Part shown: positions 46,809 through 57,154 of the stretch, piece by piece
Position numbering within the stretch: the stretch's first letter is position 1
How the letters are laid out: every line of letters starts with the position of its first letter
From: an uncultured Chloroflexia bacterium
GTDB lineage: Bacteria; Chloroflexota; Limnocylindria; Limnocylindrales; CSP1-4
DNA length: 64,000 nucleotides
Assembly: GCA_963749705.1 (NCBI GenBank)
Contig: CAVVNQ010000004.1
Span: forward strand, 192,001 to 256,000
Reading direction: 5' to 3'
Translations under genes and position numbers: made by a program
The notes under the pieces: generated by a model
What the model was told of the DNA's origin: nothing
The model's database searches: none
What the model saw: only the letters and a program-made list of their open reading frames with translations

Positions 46809-48293
46809 ATGACCTCAGCACCGAGGATCCCGTTCGCACGCGTGCCCGTGCTCGCGATCGCGGGCCTGGTCGTGATCGGGCTGCTGGTGCTCTCGCCGCT
46901 GTACGGGTTCCACCGCGACGAGCTCTACTTCATCGTCGCCGGGCAGCACCCGGCACTCGGCTACGACGACCAGGGGCCATTGACGCCGCTGCTCTCGGCG
47001 GCTGCGGTCGCGCTGCTGGGCGCGTCGCCGACGGCCATCAGGATCCTGCCCGCGCTCGCGGTGGGTGCCTGTGTCGTCCTGGCGGGACTCCTCGCGTGCG
47101 ACCTCGGCGGCAGCCGGCGTGCCCAGGTGATCGCCGCAGCCACGCTCGCGGCCTCCGGGTACCTCGCCGCGGGACACCTCGACTCGACCACGACCTTCGA
47201 CCTCCTGGCCTGGACCGTGGTCCTGTGGCTCGTGGTGCGCCTGCTCGCCGGTGCCGACCCGCGGCTGTGGCTGGCGGTCGGCGTGACCGTGGGCGTCGGG
47301 CTGGAGAACAAGCTCATCCTGCTGTTCCTCGGCGCCGGTCTGGTCGGCGGCCTCGTGCTGGCGCGCCGCTGGGACATCCTGCGGTCGCCCTGGGCCTGGG
47401 CCGGGCTCGCCATCGCCGTCCTGATCTGGGTCCCCAACCTGGCCTGGCAGGCGTCGAACGGGTTCCCGCAGCTGGAGATGGCGGGGCGCATCAGCGGCGG
47501 GTCGGACAGCCGCGTCAAGCTGGTCCCGGAGATCCTCCTGCTCGCCGGTCCGCTGCTGTTCCCGATCTCGTTCGCGGGAGCGTGGTGGCTGGCACGCGAC
47601 CCCGCGGCGCGACCGTGGCGGGCCGTCGGCTATGCCGTCCCGCTCCTGCTGCTGCTGGTCGTCGCAACCGGTGGCAAGAGCTACTACGTCGCCGGGACGT
47701 ATGCGCCGCTGATGGCCGGCGGCGCCATCGTCGTCGACCGCTGGCTGCCCCGCGGGCGGCCGTTGCTGCGACGGGGTGCGCTTCTGGCGTCAGGGACGGC
47801 ATCCCTCGCCATCACCGCGGTGCTGGTGCTGCCGATCCTGCCGCCGGCGACGTTCGCCGCGTCGCCGGTCCCCGACATCTACGCGGAATCATCGGAGCAG
47901 CTCGGCTGGCCCGAGCTCGTCGACACGGTCGCACGCGTCGCTGCGGACCTGTCGGCGGATCAGCGCGCTCGGGCCGTGATCCTGACCGACAACTACGGGG
48001 AGGCCGGGGCGATCGAGCTGCTCGGATCCGGGCTGCCGCCGGTCTACTCGGGCCATAACGCGTACGCCCGCTGGGGCCCGCCCTCGGACGACCGGACGAC
48101 CGCGATCGTGGTCACCCATGCGACGAGCTCGGACTTCGCAACCTACTGGGACCTCGGGACATGCCGACTGGTCGCGAACGTCGACAACGAGCTCGATCTC
48201 GCAAACCAGGAGCAGGGCGTGGGCGTCTGGGTCTGCCCCGAGGTGACCGTCCCGTGGTCCGGGCACTGGGCGCGGATCGCACACCTCGACTGA
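46809..48293 (+). CDS. GT-C glycosyltransferase (GT39/ArnT-PMT_2-like)
   Basis: FHRDELYF...GY.DQ.PL, ENK, WQ..NG.P and NYGEAGA motifs; multiple TM segments. Confidence 0.85.
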   Translation: MTSAPRIPFARVPVLAIAGLVVIGLLVLSPLYGFHRDELYFIVAGQHPALGYDDQGPLTPLLSAAAVALLGASPTAIRILPALAVGACVVLAGLLACDLGGSRRAQVIAAATLAASGYLAAGHLDSTTTFDLLAWTVVLWLVVRLLAGADPRLWLAVGVTVGVGLENKLILLFLGAGLVGGLVLARRWDILRSPWAWAGLAIAVLIWVPNLAWQASNGFPQLEMAGRISGGSDSRVKLVPEILLLAGPLLFPISFAGAWWLARDPAARPWRAVGYAVPLLLLLVVATGGKSYYVAGTYAPLMAGGAIVVDRWLPRGRPLLRRGALLASGTASLAITAVLVLPILPPATFAASPVPDIYAESSEQLGWPELVDTVARVAADLSADQRARAVILTDNYGEAGAIELLGSGLPPVYSGHNAYARWGPPSDDRTTAIVVTHATSSDFATYWDLGTCRLVANVDNELDLANQEQGVGVWVCPEVTVPWSGHWARIAHLD

Positions 48294-48391
48294 CGCGCCC
48301 GGAGCCGCGCACGACGACGAGCCCGTGGCCCGCGACGGGCGTCCCGTCGGTTGACGCATCCCCCGAGCCCGGATCGGCCGGGGTGTGTCGG

Positions 48392-49258
48392 TCAGGCTGG
48401 ACCCTCGGACGGAACGTAGCCGAGACGGCCTCGGGTCGCGACGATCAGGACCACGGACAGCGAACCCAGCGCGAGCAGCCCGACGGCGAGGGCCGAGCTC
48501 GCCACGACGAAGGCCGCCAGCGCCGCGTTGATGCTCGCGTGCGCCAGCATGACGAGCAGCAGGCTGCCCTGCGTGCGGTTGAACAGCCAGGTCATGACCG
48601 GCGCGATCGCGACGACCATGACCAGGAACGTGACGATCAGGACCGGGTCGAGACCGCCATTCTCATCGGCCCACTCCGGCACCAGGTACTGGGGCAGGTG
48701 CCACGCCGCCCACAGGGCACCGAGCACCAGCGTCGCACGCAGGGCTCCCATCCGGGCCTGCATGCGAGGCAGGGCAAATCCGCGCCAGCCCGGCTCCTCG
48801 AACAGCGGCCCGCTGAAGAAGCCCACGGCCATGTAGACCAGGAACTCGATGGCCGGCTTCACGACCGACGCATCCCCCAGGCCGATGAGCGCCCCGGGAA
48901 TGACCATCGCAGCCAGGATGGAGGCCGCCGGGATGCCCAGCAGCGCGAACGCATACCAGCGGCGCGCGACCCGCCAGATCCGGATCCGAGCCAGGAGGCG
49001 ACGCCGACCTGCCGGTCCGTCGAGCATGCCGGCCATCACCAGCGCCGCAATCGTGGGGCCCAGCGTCTGGAGCAGGATGACCAGGGCCGCCGGCAGCCCC
49101 AGCAGCCCGTACAGGACCAGCAGCATCGCCCACGAAACCGCGTACGCGAGCGCAAAGAACGCGACGATGGGGTGCCGGCGCATGACCGAGGTCAGCGCGG
49201 CCGACCCGAGCAGGGAATGCCGACCCGAGACCGGGACGGGGGAGGCGTGTGTGTTCAC
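48392..49258 (-). CDS. CPBP (Abi/CAAX) intramembrane metalloprotease
   Basis: EEPGWRG, W..WH and HASIN motifs. Confidence 0.9.
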   Translation of the reverse strand: MNTHASPVPVSGRHSLLGSAALTSVMRRHPIVAFFALAYAVSWAMLLVLYGLLGLPAALVILLQTLGPTIAALVMAGMLDGPAGRRRLLARIRIWRVARRWYAFALLGIPAASILAAMVIPGALIGLGDASVVKPAIEFLVYMAVGFFSGPLFEEPGWRGFALPRMQARMGALRATLVLGALWAAWHLPQYLVPEWADENGGLDPVLIVTFLVMVVAIAPVMTWLFNRTQGSLLLVMLAHASINAALAAFVVASSALAVGLLALGSLSVVLIVATRGRLGYVPSEGPA

Positions 49259-49280
49259 CGCAGTCGCTCCATCGATTCCG

Positions 49281-50030
49281 CTACATGGTCCGGTACACGA
49301 GCACCAGGGCGAGCAGGCCGACGACGTCGGCGGCGTAATGGGTCGCCCAGGTGACCAGCAGGTTGTGGGTCTTCGCGTAGATCAGCCCGAAGAAGACGCC
49401 GTCGAGCGTGACCCCGGCGATGTCGGCCAGCACGGCCGCCGGGCTGCCGGAGGTGCCGACGGCGTGCGCCAGCCCGAACAGGACGGCCGCCAGGAGGATC
49501 GCCGCCGGGGTGCCGACGAACGAGCTCAGGTACTCCTGGATCGTGGCCCGATAGACGATCTCCTCCACCAGGGTGAGCACGAGCGCGAGCGCCAGCAGGC
49601 TCCCGACGGCGGCCAGCCCGGCCCCGGAGCCGACATCGACCGGGAGGCGCGCCGTGATGTGGTCGACGAGCTCGCCCCCATGGCCGAACAGGAACGCGAT
49701 CCCGAGGGCCGGGGGCAGCACCTGAAACACGACCGCGTCCAGCGTGGCCAGGTGCCAGACGCGCCTGAGGTCACCGACGAACCCGCGCTTGACGCCGAGC
49801 TCGCTCCACGGGCGGCCGTAGCGTCGCGGCCCGCCCACCGCATACGAGGCGATCATGATGTAGGCGAAGATGAACACGTCCTGGCCGTTGAGCAGCGACA
49901 CCGCCAGGGTGATCAGGAACAGCACCAGCAGCCCGGCCGGGACCCAGCGGATCCGGCGCTCGTGGGACAGACGGCGCCGTCCGGGAGCGGCGCCATAGGG
50001 TAGCGATCCAGCCGGATGGCTCATGCCCAA
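49281..50030 (-). CDS. CPBP (Abi/CAAX) intramembrane metalloprotease
   Basis: EEIVYR, FGLAH and H...D motifs. Confidence 0.85.
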   Translation of the reverse strand: MGMSHPAGSLPYGAAPGRRRLSHERRIRWVPAGLLVLFLITLAVSLLNGQDVFIFAYIMIASYAVGGPRRYGRPWSELGVKRGFVGDLRRVWHLATLDAVVFQVLPPALGIAFLFGHGGELVDHITARLPVDVGSGAGLAAVGSLLALALVLTLVEEIVYRATIQEYLSSFVGTPAAILLAAVLFGLAHAVGTSGSPAAVLADIAGVTLDGVFFGLIYAKTHNLLVTWATHYAADVVGLLALVLVYRTM

Positions 50031-50212
50031 CCTCCACCGCGGAGGTTCCCCGTGCAGGGCGCGCGCAGCAAAGTGCCGAACGATGGAAATGGACGGGAGA
50101 TCGCGCCCGGCGCCGGGGAGGCGAGCGGCGCACCGCGGCGCCGCGCGCCGGCGTCACGCCTCCCGAGACCCGCGACTCAGGGCGGTGCCTCTGCTGCGAT
50201 ACAGTTCAGGCA

Positions 50213-51058
50213 ATGATCCAGGGCGAGGCCTTCGGGCAGGCGTGGAGCGCGTCACTCCGCCGCGCAAGCGTCGATGAGTTGCGCGCATGGCTCGATTTCG
50301 CTCATGCGTCGGCCGATCTGGCGGACGACATCGCCCGCTCGTCGTTCCGGCGCGAGCTCGCGATCTCGACCAAGGCCGATGGTTCATCGGTCACCGACGC
50401 GGACCTCCGCATCGAGGAGCTGATCCGAGCTCGGATTGCGTCGAGCTTCCCTGGCCACCGGATCACGGGCGAGGAGCACGGACGCGACGAGGACGATGAC
50501 GGCGTTCGCTGGTATGTCGATCCGATTGACGGCACGCACAACTTCATTCGGGGAATCCCCCTGTTTGCGACCCTGATCGCGGCAGAGTGTGGTGGCGAGA
50601 TCCAGGTCGGACTCATCAGCGCGCCGGCGCTCCGCCAACGGTGGTTCGCGGCGCGGGGTCTCGGGGCCTGGATGACGGATGGTCCGGACGTCAGGCGCCA
50701 GCTCGCCGTTTCCGGTGTCGACGTATTGACGCACGCATCGGTGCAGTTCCGCTCGATCACGGACATGGCCGCCTCACGCGTGTCCGATGGTTTCGATGCG
50801 CTGCTGGCTGAGGTCGACCACGCGGGCGGCCTGGGCGACTTCTTCGGCTACACCCTCGTCGCGGGCGGTTCCGCCGAGGGCATGATGGAACAGGACCTGG
50901 GACCCTGGGATCTCGCTGCGCCGTGGGTCATCGTGGAGGAGGCGGGCGGACGGATCACGGACTTCGACGGCCGCCGGAGCCTCGAGCGGGGCGAAGGGTT
51001 GGCCACCAACGGGATCCTCCACCGGCCCATCCTGAGCGTCCTCCGAAGCGGCAGCTAG
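50213..51058 (+). CDS. Inositol monophosphatase family protein (HisN-like)
   Basis: K.D.S.VT.AD, GEE, DPIDGT and WD motifs. Confidence 0.88.
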   Translation: MIQGEAFGQAWSASLRRASVDELRAWLDFAHASADLADDIARSSFRRELAISTKADGSSVTDADLRIEELIRARIASSFPGHRITGEEHGRDEDDDGVRWYVDPIDGTHNFIRGIPLFATLIAAECGGEIQVGLISAPALRQRWFAARGLGAWMTDGPDVRRQLAVSGVDVLTHASVQFRSITDMAASRVSDGFDALLAEVDHAGGLGDFFGYTLVAGGSAEGMMEQDLGPWDLAAPWVIVEEAGGRITDFDGRRSLERGEGLATNGILHRPILSVLRSGS

Positions 51059-51112
51059 CTTCGCGGCCCCGGGGCCGAACCGACGGCTCAGCAGGCATGG
51101 TCCCAGGCCGTC

Positions 51113-51141
51113 TTGACGCGATGCAAGATGTCTGACATCTT
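51113..51141 (+). promoter_or_regulatory. gntR promoter overlapped by the perfect palindrome AAGATGTC-T-GACATCTT (GntR operator candidate)
   Basis: TTGACG (51113), 17 nt, then CATCTT; 8-1-8 palindrome at 51125-51141; leaderless ATG at 51148. Confidence 0.75.
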
Positions 51142-51147
51142 ACGACG

Positions 51148-51963
51148 ATGCGATCAGGAACGATATCCGCAGAGCGCCGGCAGCCACTGTTCAACGAGAT
51201 CCGCGACCGGCTCCTCGCGGAGATCTCGGGAGGTCGCCTCGCTGTCGGCATGCGCCTGCCCTCGGAGCCGGAGCTCGCACTCAACCTGCAGATCAGCCGG
51301 CCGACCCTGCGAGAGGTCCTGAGGAGTCTCGAAGCCGACGGCATCGTCAGTCGCGTTCACGGGGTCGGCACCTTCGTGGCACGGAAGGAGCCACTCGTCC
51401 GTACCGCACTTGACCTCGACGTCGGCGTCACGGAGGCCGTTGCGGCGGCCAATGCGACCCTCGGCATCGAGATCGTGCGAATCGCGAATCAACCAGCGCC
51501 GCCGTGGGCAGGATCGGCGCTTGGGCTTGCCCCGGATGACCCCGTCCTGCATGTCGAGCGGATCATCAGGGCGAACGGAGTCCCCGCCGTTCATGGCGTC
51601 GACGTGATCCCGCTCGCCGTTACCGAGACGGCAAAGACGACCTACGACGGGGGGTCGGTCTATCGGTATCTGGAGCACGACTGTGGGATCGAGCTGGCGG
51701 GTGGCATTGCCGAGGTCACCGCCGTTTCGGCCACGGCACATCTCGCCAGGTGCCTTGGGACCCGAGGTAGCACCCCCCTGCTCCGCCTGGACCAGGTGGA
51801 GAAGGAGACCTCGGGACGCCCGGTCCTGTTCTCGAGAGAGCACTACGCCCCGGGTGTCTTCGGCCTGATGGTCCGCCGGACGCGAAATCAACGGGCCGAC
51901 CTGACAGCCGACGAGGTCGATGTCATCGATCCGCGGAGGCCCGACGTCGCCAACCCAGCGTGA
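51148..51963 (+). CDS. GntR (HutC/UTRA) transcriptional regulator
   Basis: LPSEPEL...SR.TLR...G...R.HG.GTFV motif plus UTRA domain. Confidence 0.92.
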   Translation: MRSGTISAERRQPLFNEIRDRLLAEISGGRLAVGMRLPSEPELALNLQISRPTLREVLRSLEADGIVSRVHGVGTFVARKEPLVRTALDLDVGVTEAVAAANATLGIEIVRIANQPAPPWAGSALGLAPDDPVLHVERIIRANGVPAVHGVDVIPLAVTETAKTTYDGGSVYRYLEHDCGIELAGGIAEVTAVSATAHLARCLGTRGSTPLLRLDQVEKETSGRPVLFSREHYAPGVFGLMVRRTRNQRADLTADEVDVIDPRRPDVANPA

Positions 51964-53135
51964 ATCTCAACTCGTCGTTGGCCGACCAGCGTCCCATCGC
52001 CGCCTGTTACGGAGCACCAGTGACCATCCAGCTCGATTCCTTCGTCCGCCCCGGTCTTGCGACCGTGGCGCCGTACAACGCGACGCATCACGACTTCGCC
52101 TGGCAGCATCGTGAGCTCGCCAGGCTGATGTCGAACGAATGCCCACTTCCGCCGTCCGAAGCCGTCGTCCGTGCGGTGATGGACGCGATGGCCGTCTCGA
52201 ACCTCTACCCGTATTCCGGAGAGGATCTGAGCTCGGCCCTGGCTGCGTTTGCGGGCGTCCCACGCGAATCCCTGGTGCTCGGCAACGGGTCCACCGAAGT
52301 GCTCGATGTCCTCGTCAGGGTGCTTGTCAGCCCTGGCGACGAGACGATCATCCCGACGCCGACTTATGCATTCTTCGAGTCCCAGACTCGTCTCAATGGG
52401 GGGACGCCAGTCTTCGTTCCCCTGACCGACTCGTGGGGTCTGGACGTGCCGGCGATCCTCCGCGCCGTGGGCTCCAGGACCAAGGCCATCTTCCTGTGCA
52501 GCCCGAACAACCCCACCGGGAACGGCTGGACCGGAGACGAGGTCCGGGCAGTGCTCGAGGCTGGCGTCCCGACGATCATCGACCAGGCGTACCTCGAGTG
52601 CGGCTACGCCGAGTCGTTCGCTCCGCTCGTCGCAGCGCACCCCAACCTGATCATCACCCGCACCATGTCCAAGGGGTTCGGGCTGGCAGCCCTCCGGATC
52701 GGCTACGCGATTGGTGACCCCTGGCTCATGGATGTCGTGAAGCGCGTACGGATCCCGTTCAGCCTCACCCTGATGTCGATCTGGGGTGGGCTCGCCGCCA
52801 TTGGCGAACCTCAGGAGCTCGAGCGGCGGCGGGCCTACATCAGCAGCGAGCGGGCTCGCCTCTACACCCAGCTGCAGGAGATGCCGGGTATCGTCCCGTT
52901 CCCGTCAGAGGGCAACTTCCTGCTCGTTGACATCTCGCGTACGGGACGTACGGCGCCGGAGGTGGTCGACTCGCTTCGGGCGGAGGATGTGCTGATCCGG
53001 GCGATGACAGCGCATCGGCTGCAGGGCTCGCATGTCCGGGTCACCGTCGGGACCACGGAGCAGAACACGCGCTTTCTCGAGCTGTTCCCCCAGGCCCTCG
53101 GCATCGAGGCGCCGGCGTCCCGGAAGCCGGCGTGA
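51960..53135 (+). CDS. HisC-like class I/II PLP aminotransferase
   Basis: GNGS.E, SPNNPTG, DQAY and RTMSKGFGLA.LR.GY motifs; alternative start at 52020. Confidence 0.88.
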   Translation: MNLNSSLADQRPIAACYGAPVTIQLDSFVRPGLATVAPYNATHHDFAWQHRELARLMSNECPLPPSEAVVRAVMDAMAVSNLYPYSGEDLSSALAAFAGVPRESLVLGNGSTEVLDVLVRVLVSPGDETIIPTPTYAFFESQTRLNGGTPVFVPLTDSWGLDVPAILRAVGSRTKAIFLCSPNNPTGNGWTGDEVRAVLEAGVPTIIDQAYLECGYAESFAPLVAAHPNLIITRTMSKGFGLAALRIGYAIGDPWLMDVVKRVRIPFSLTLMSIWGGLAAIGEPQELERRRAYISSERARLYTQLQEMPGIVPFPSEGNFLLVDISRTGRTAPEVVDSLRAEDVLIRAMTAHRLQGSHVRVTVGTTEQNTRFLELFPQALGIEAPASRKPA

Positions 53136-54640
53136 CGGGCGACCGGATCCTCGCCCTCGACGTGGGCACTGCCAGCGTCAAAGCGATCGTCACCGACCGG
53201 GACGGCCGCATCGTCGGCGGCTCGGCACGATCCTATGGCGTCACCACCCGTGATGCGGGCTGGATCGATCAGGATCTGGACGACATCCTCGCGGCATCGT
53301 CGGATGCGATCAGGTCACTGCTCGCCGGCCTGCCTGGGGGCGGCCACGAGATCGCCATCGTGTCGGTCACGGGCCAGATGTTCAACCTCGTGGCGGTCGG
53401 CACTGACGGGCGGCCGCTGATCCCGATGCTCAGCTGGCTCGACCAGCGGTCCGAGCCAAACGCCAGAGCGCTTGCCGCGACGATGCCCCCGGATGTGCAG
53501 TACCAGATGCTCGGGGCCGTCGTTTCGGGCAAGGACATCCTCCCGAAGATCCTCTGGCTGCGCGACCAGCGGCCGGAGGTCTACCGGGCCACGGCGAAGC
53601 TCCTCGACTGCAAGGAAGCTGTCGTCATGCATCTCACGGGCCGGGCGACCATCGATTTCGCGGGCGCATCTGCCTTTCGGCTCGTCGACCGTCGGACTCG
53701 AGAGTGGGATGACGCGGTCTGTCGCGAGATCGGGGTGTCCCGGAGGCTCCTGCCGGACCTGGCACCGGCGACGGCAATCGGAGGCGTGATCACGAATCCG
53801 GTCGCGCATGACACGGGGTTGATCGCGGGGACGCCCGTCGTCGTGGGCGCAGGCGATGTCGCGGCGAGCCAGGTCGGCGCGGGAGCGGTGAGGATCGGCG
53901 ACACGCACGTCAGCCTCGGCACCGCGGTCTACTTCGGCGTGACCCTTGCCGAACCATTGCCGGACCCAAACGGCCAGCTCGGGGTGCTGGGCCACATGGA
54001 CCGCGACGCGTGGATCCTGTGGCTGGAGATCGCGACCGGCGGAGGCGCCCTGAATTGGATCGCGAGGAGCATCGGCGCACTCGGCGCGAGCACGCCCGTT
54101 GACTACGGAGAGATCGAACGGCTCGTCGCCGGGTGTGTCGACGAGATGGACGAGCTGCTGTTCGCCCCCTGGCTCAGCGGCGAGCGGGTCCCGGTCTTTG
54201 ACGATCGCGTCCGGGCAGCCTTTGTCGGCCTCAGCCTCAAGCATGGCCCGTCCCATCTGCTCCGCGCCGTGATGGAGGGCGTGGCCTTCCAGATGCGATG
54301 GGCGCTCGAATATGGCCTGGCCTTTGGGCAGTCGATCAACGAGATCCGTGCTGTCGGCGGCGGGGTCATGGGTGCTGCCTGGACACAGCTCATCGCCGAC
54401 ATCCTCGGTCGTCCGATCCACGCGGTACGGCAACCGCAGGATGCCGCCGCGGTCGGAGCCGCTGCGTGCGGGATGGTCGCGCTCGGCCTGCGACCGGACT
54501 TCGAGTTTGCCCGGGACCTGGCAGTCGTCGATCACGTCTACCTGCCCGACCAGCAGCGGCGGGCGTTGTACGAGGAGCGGTACGGCCGATATCGCCAGCT
54601 GTACGAGGTCCTTTCGCACCTGCGTCGCCCGGTCGCCTGA
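53132..54640 (+). CDS. FGGY-family carbohydrate kinase (xylulokinase-like)
   Basis: DVGT.S.K, GQM, W.D.R, GERVP and EG.A motifs. Confidence 0.9.
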   Translation: MTGDRILALDVGTASVKAIVTDRDGRIVGGSARSYGVTTRDAGWIDQDLDDILAASSDAIRSLLAGLPGGGHEIAIVSVTGQMFNLVAVGTDGRPLIPMLSWLDQRSEPNARALAATMPPDVQYQMLGAVVSGKDILPKILWLRDQRPEVYRATAKLLDCKEAVVMHLTGRATIDFAGASAFRLVDRRTREWDDAVCREIGVSRRLLPDLAPATAIGGVITNPVAHDTGLIAGTPVVVGAGDVAASQVGAGAVRIGDTHVSLGTAVYFGVTLAEPLPDPNGQLGVLGHMDRDAWILWLEIATGGGALNWIARSIGALGASTPVDYGEIERLVAGCVDEMDELLFAPWLSGERVPVFDDRVRAAFVGLSLKHGPSHLLRAVMEGVAFQMRWALEYGLAFGQSINEIRAVGGGVMGAAWTQLIADILGRPIHAVRQPQDAAAVGAAACGMVALGLRPDFEFARDLAVVDHVYLPDQQRRALYEERYGRYRQLYEVLSHLRRPVA

Positions 54641-54641
54641 C

Positions 54642-55385
54642 ATGAGCCGTAGTGAGACCCGATCGGGGATCGAACAGCTGGCGTGCGAGCGCGTGACGGG
54701 CAGGCGTCCCGCGCGCGGCGTCGTATTCGACCTGGACGGAGTCCTGGTCCTGTCAGAGCACCTCTGGGACGAGGGCTGGACCGCGTATGCCGCGGCGCAC
54801 GGCTACGCCTGGCAGGTCGACGACACGCGGTCCTGCCAGGGGATGAGCGTCGGCGAGTGGAGTGCCTACCTTGCCGAACGGTCGTCGGGGACGAGCGAGG
54901 ACGCGGCGAGAGCGGTCATCGGCCACGTCATCGAGTGCTACGAGACCGGCCGGGTCATCCTTCAGCCTGGCGCCGGAGCGCTGGTCTCGAGCGTGGCGGC
55001 CCGCGTACCGATCGCCCTTGCCTCATCCGCGCCACGCGCGGTCATCGATACGGCAATGGAGTCGATGGGGCTCAAGCCATTCTTCTCCGCGACCGTCTCC
55101 AGCGCCGAGGTCGCGCGAGGGAAGCCAAACCCTGACGTCTACGCCGAGGCGATTCGCCGGCTGGGTGTCAGTTCGACGGAGAGCATCGCCGTCGAGGACT
55201 CGAGCAACGGGATCCGGTCGGCAACGGCGGCCGGTCTTCGGACGATCGCGATCCCGAGTCGCGAGTACCCGCTCGCCGACGATGCCAAGGCGCTCGCGGT
55301 GAGCATCCAGTCGTCGCTCACCGGGGTCGGCGAGGAGATCGGTCGAATGCTTGATCTGCATCCAGGAGGGGCGGGCGAGACATGA
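54642..55385 (+). CDS. HAD-family phosphatase (beta-PGM-like)
   Basis: FDLDGVL.LSE, SS, KPNPD and EDS.NG motifs. Confidence 0.88.
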   Translation: MSRSETRSGIEQLACERVTGRRPARGVVFDLDGVLVLSEHLWDEGWTAYAAAHGYAWQVDDTRSCQGMSVGEWSAYLAERSSGTSEDAARAVIGHVIECYETGRVILQPGAGALVSSVAARVPIALASSAPRAVIDTAMESMGLKPFFSATVSSAEVARGKPNPDVYAEAIRRLGVSSTESIAVEDSSNGIRSATAAGLRTIAIPSREYPLADDAKALAVSIQSSLTGVGEEIGRMLDLHPGGAGET

Positions 55386-57154
55386 CCCGTGTGTTCAATT
55401 CTGAGCGGACCTTCAAGGATGAGTACGTCGAAGGGCTCGTGTCAGCCTATTCGAGGTACCTTCGCCGCGTTCCGGACGCGTCGGGGGTCATGTCCATCAC
55501 GGCTCCCATCGCCGGGCGTGCGTCCGTGATCATCGGCGGCGGGTCTGGCCACTACCCCGCCTTCGCCGGGCTCGTCGGCCCTGGCCTGTGCGACGGCGCG
55601 ATCATCGGCGACATCTTCACCAGCCCGTCGGCCGAGCAGGCGTACCGCTGCATTCGAGCCCTCGACGGTGGCGCCGGGGTCCTGCTCGCCTTCGGGAACT
55701 ACTCGGGCGACGTCATGAACTTCGGACTCGCAGCCCAGCGAGCGAGGTCGGACGGGATCGACGTCAGGATCGTGCTCGTGACGGACGACGTCGCCAGCGC
55801 CCCCTCGGAGCGGCGGCGAGCTCGACGAGGCGTCGCCGGCGGGTTCTTCGTCTATCGAGCCGCAGCTGCGGCTGCTCATGCGGGCCTTCCGATCGCGGAG
55901 GTCGAGGGGCTCGCTCGCCGCGTCAACGAGGCGACATTCAGCTTCGGGGTCGCATTCGGTGGATGCACCTTCCCCGGGCGCACGGAGCCGCTGTTCGTGG
56001 TTGCACCCGGACGGATCGACCTCGGCCTCGGGATCCACGGAGAGCCCGGGATCGAGACCATCGACTGGGTGCCGGCGGAAGCGCTTGCTGCCGTGATCCT
56101 GGGGCCGATCCTGGCTGAGCGACCCAGCGGTGCGACACGGATACACCTGCTGCTCAATGGCCTGGGGAGCACGAAGTATGAGGAGCTGTTCGTCCTCTAC
56201 CGTTCGATTGGCCGGCTGCTCTCCGACGCAGGCGTCGATGTCGTTGACGCGGAGGTCGGGGAGTTGGTCACGTCGCTCGATATGGCGGGCTGCTCGCTCA
56301 GCGTTTGCTGGCTGGACGACGAGATCGAGGATCTGCTCGCCGCGCCGGCGAGCTCGCCCGGCTATCGAACCGCCAGCTACGCTGGCCCCGAACCTCGCGC
56401 GGCAGCTTCCGCTGCCGGCCTCCCGGCAGTCGAGCGACCCTCGTCGCGCCACCAAACGACATCCGCACCCGCCTCAACCTTCGCGCGGACCATCGCGCAG
56501 GCATTCGATGCGATGAGAGTCGCCATCGAGGCCGCGGACGAGAGCCTCGCCCGCCTCGACTCGGTGGCCGGCGATGGCGATCACGGCGCTGGCATGGTTC
56601 GCGGGATGTCAGCGGCCGCGGCCGCCGCGGCCGCGGCCGGGCCACTCGGAGCCGACGTGATCAAGGCCGCCGGACTCGCGTTCAGCGACGCTGCCGGCGG
56701 GGCGTCCGGAGCGCTGTGGGGAGCGGGGCTGCTGGCTGCCAGCGACTGCATCGCCACCCTGGACGAGCCAGCCCGGCGGTTGGTGGAGGATGCGCCGGAC
56801 GTCGCGTCCCTCCACGCGATGCTGCGTGCCGCCCTGGATGCGATCGCGAGCCTTGGCGGGGCCAAGCCAGGCGACAAGACCATGGTGGACGCCCTTGCGC
56901 CATTCGTCACGGAGCTCGGCGGATCGGCCGGAGGGTCGGTCACAGAGGCGTGGGTGGCGGCGGCGGCCGTTGCTCGCCAGGCCGCCGCGGACACGGCCGG
57001 CATGTCCAGCCGGCGTGGCCGAGCCGCGGTCCACGGTGACCGCAGTCGCGGCACGCCCGACCCGGGCGCTGTATCGATGGCGATCGCCCTGACCGCCGTC
57101 GGGCAGTTCCTGCATGACCAGCGGGGGTCAGCGATGGCCGGAGATCGGTCGTGA
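55382..57154 (+). CDS. DhaK-DhaL fused dihydroxyacetone/erythrulose kinase family protein
   Basis: GGSGHYP, NYSGD, GIHGEPG, GDGDHG, GDKTM.D and DPG motifs. Confidence 0.9.
   Translation: MTRVFNSERTFKDEYVEGLVSAYSRYLRRVPDASGVMSITAPIAGRASVIIGGGSGHYPAFAGLVGPGLCDGAIIGDIFTSPSAEQAYRCIRALDGGAGVLLAFGNYSGDVMNFGLAAQRARSDGIDVRIVLVTDDVASAPSERRRARRGVAGGFFVYRAAAAAAHAGLPIAEVEGLARRVNEATFSFGVAFGGCTFPGRTEPLFVVAPGRIDLGLGIHGEPGIETIDWVPAEALAAVILGPILAERPSGATRIHLLLNGLGSTKYEELFVLYRSIGRLLSDAGVDVVDAEVGELVTSLDMAGCSLSVCWLDDEIEDLLAAPASSPGYRTASYAGPEPRAAASAAGLPAVERPSSRHQTTSAPASTFARTIAQAFDAMRVAIEAADESLARLDSVAGDGDHGAGMVRGMSAAAAAAAAAGPLGADVIKAAGLAFSDAAGGASGALWGAGLLAASDCIATLDEPARRLVEDAPDVASLHAMLRAALDAIASLGGAKPGDKTMVDALAPFVTELGGSAGGSVTEAWVAAAAVARQAAADTAGMSSRRGRAAVHGDRSRGTPDPGAVSMAIALTAVGQFLHDQRGSAMAGDRS

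Noticed and set aside
48392-50030. Tandem Abi-domain genes as an anti-phage system
   Set aside because: These are CPBP/CAAX membrane proteases, and the Abi label does not imply abortive infection; no defence genes are nearby
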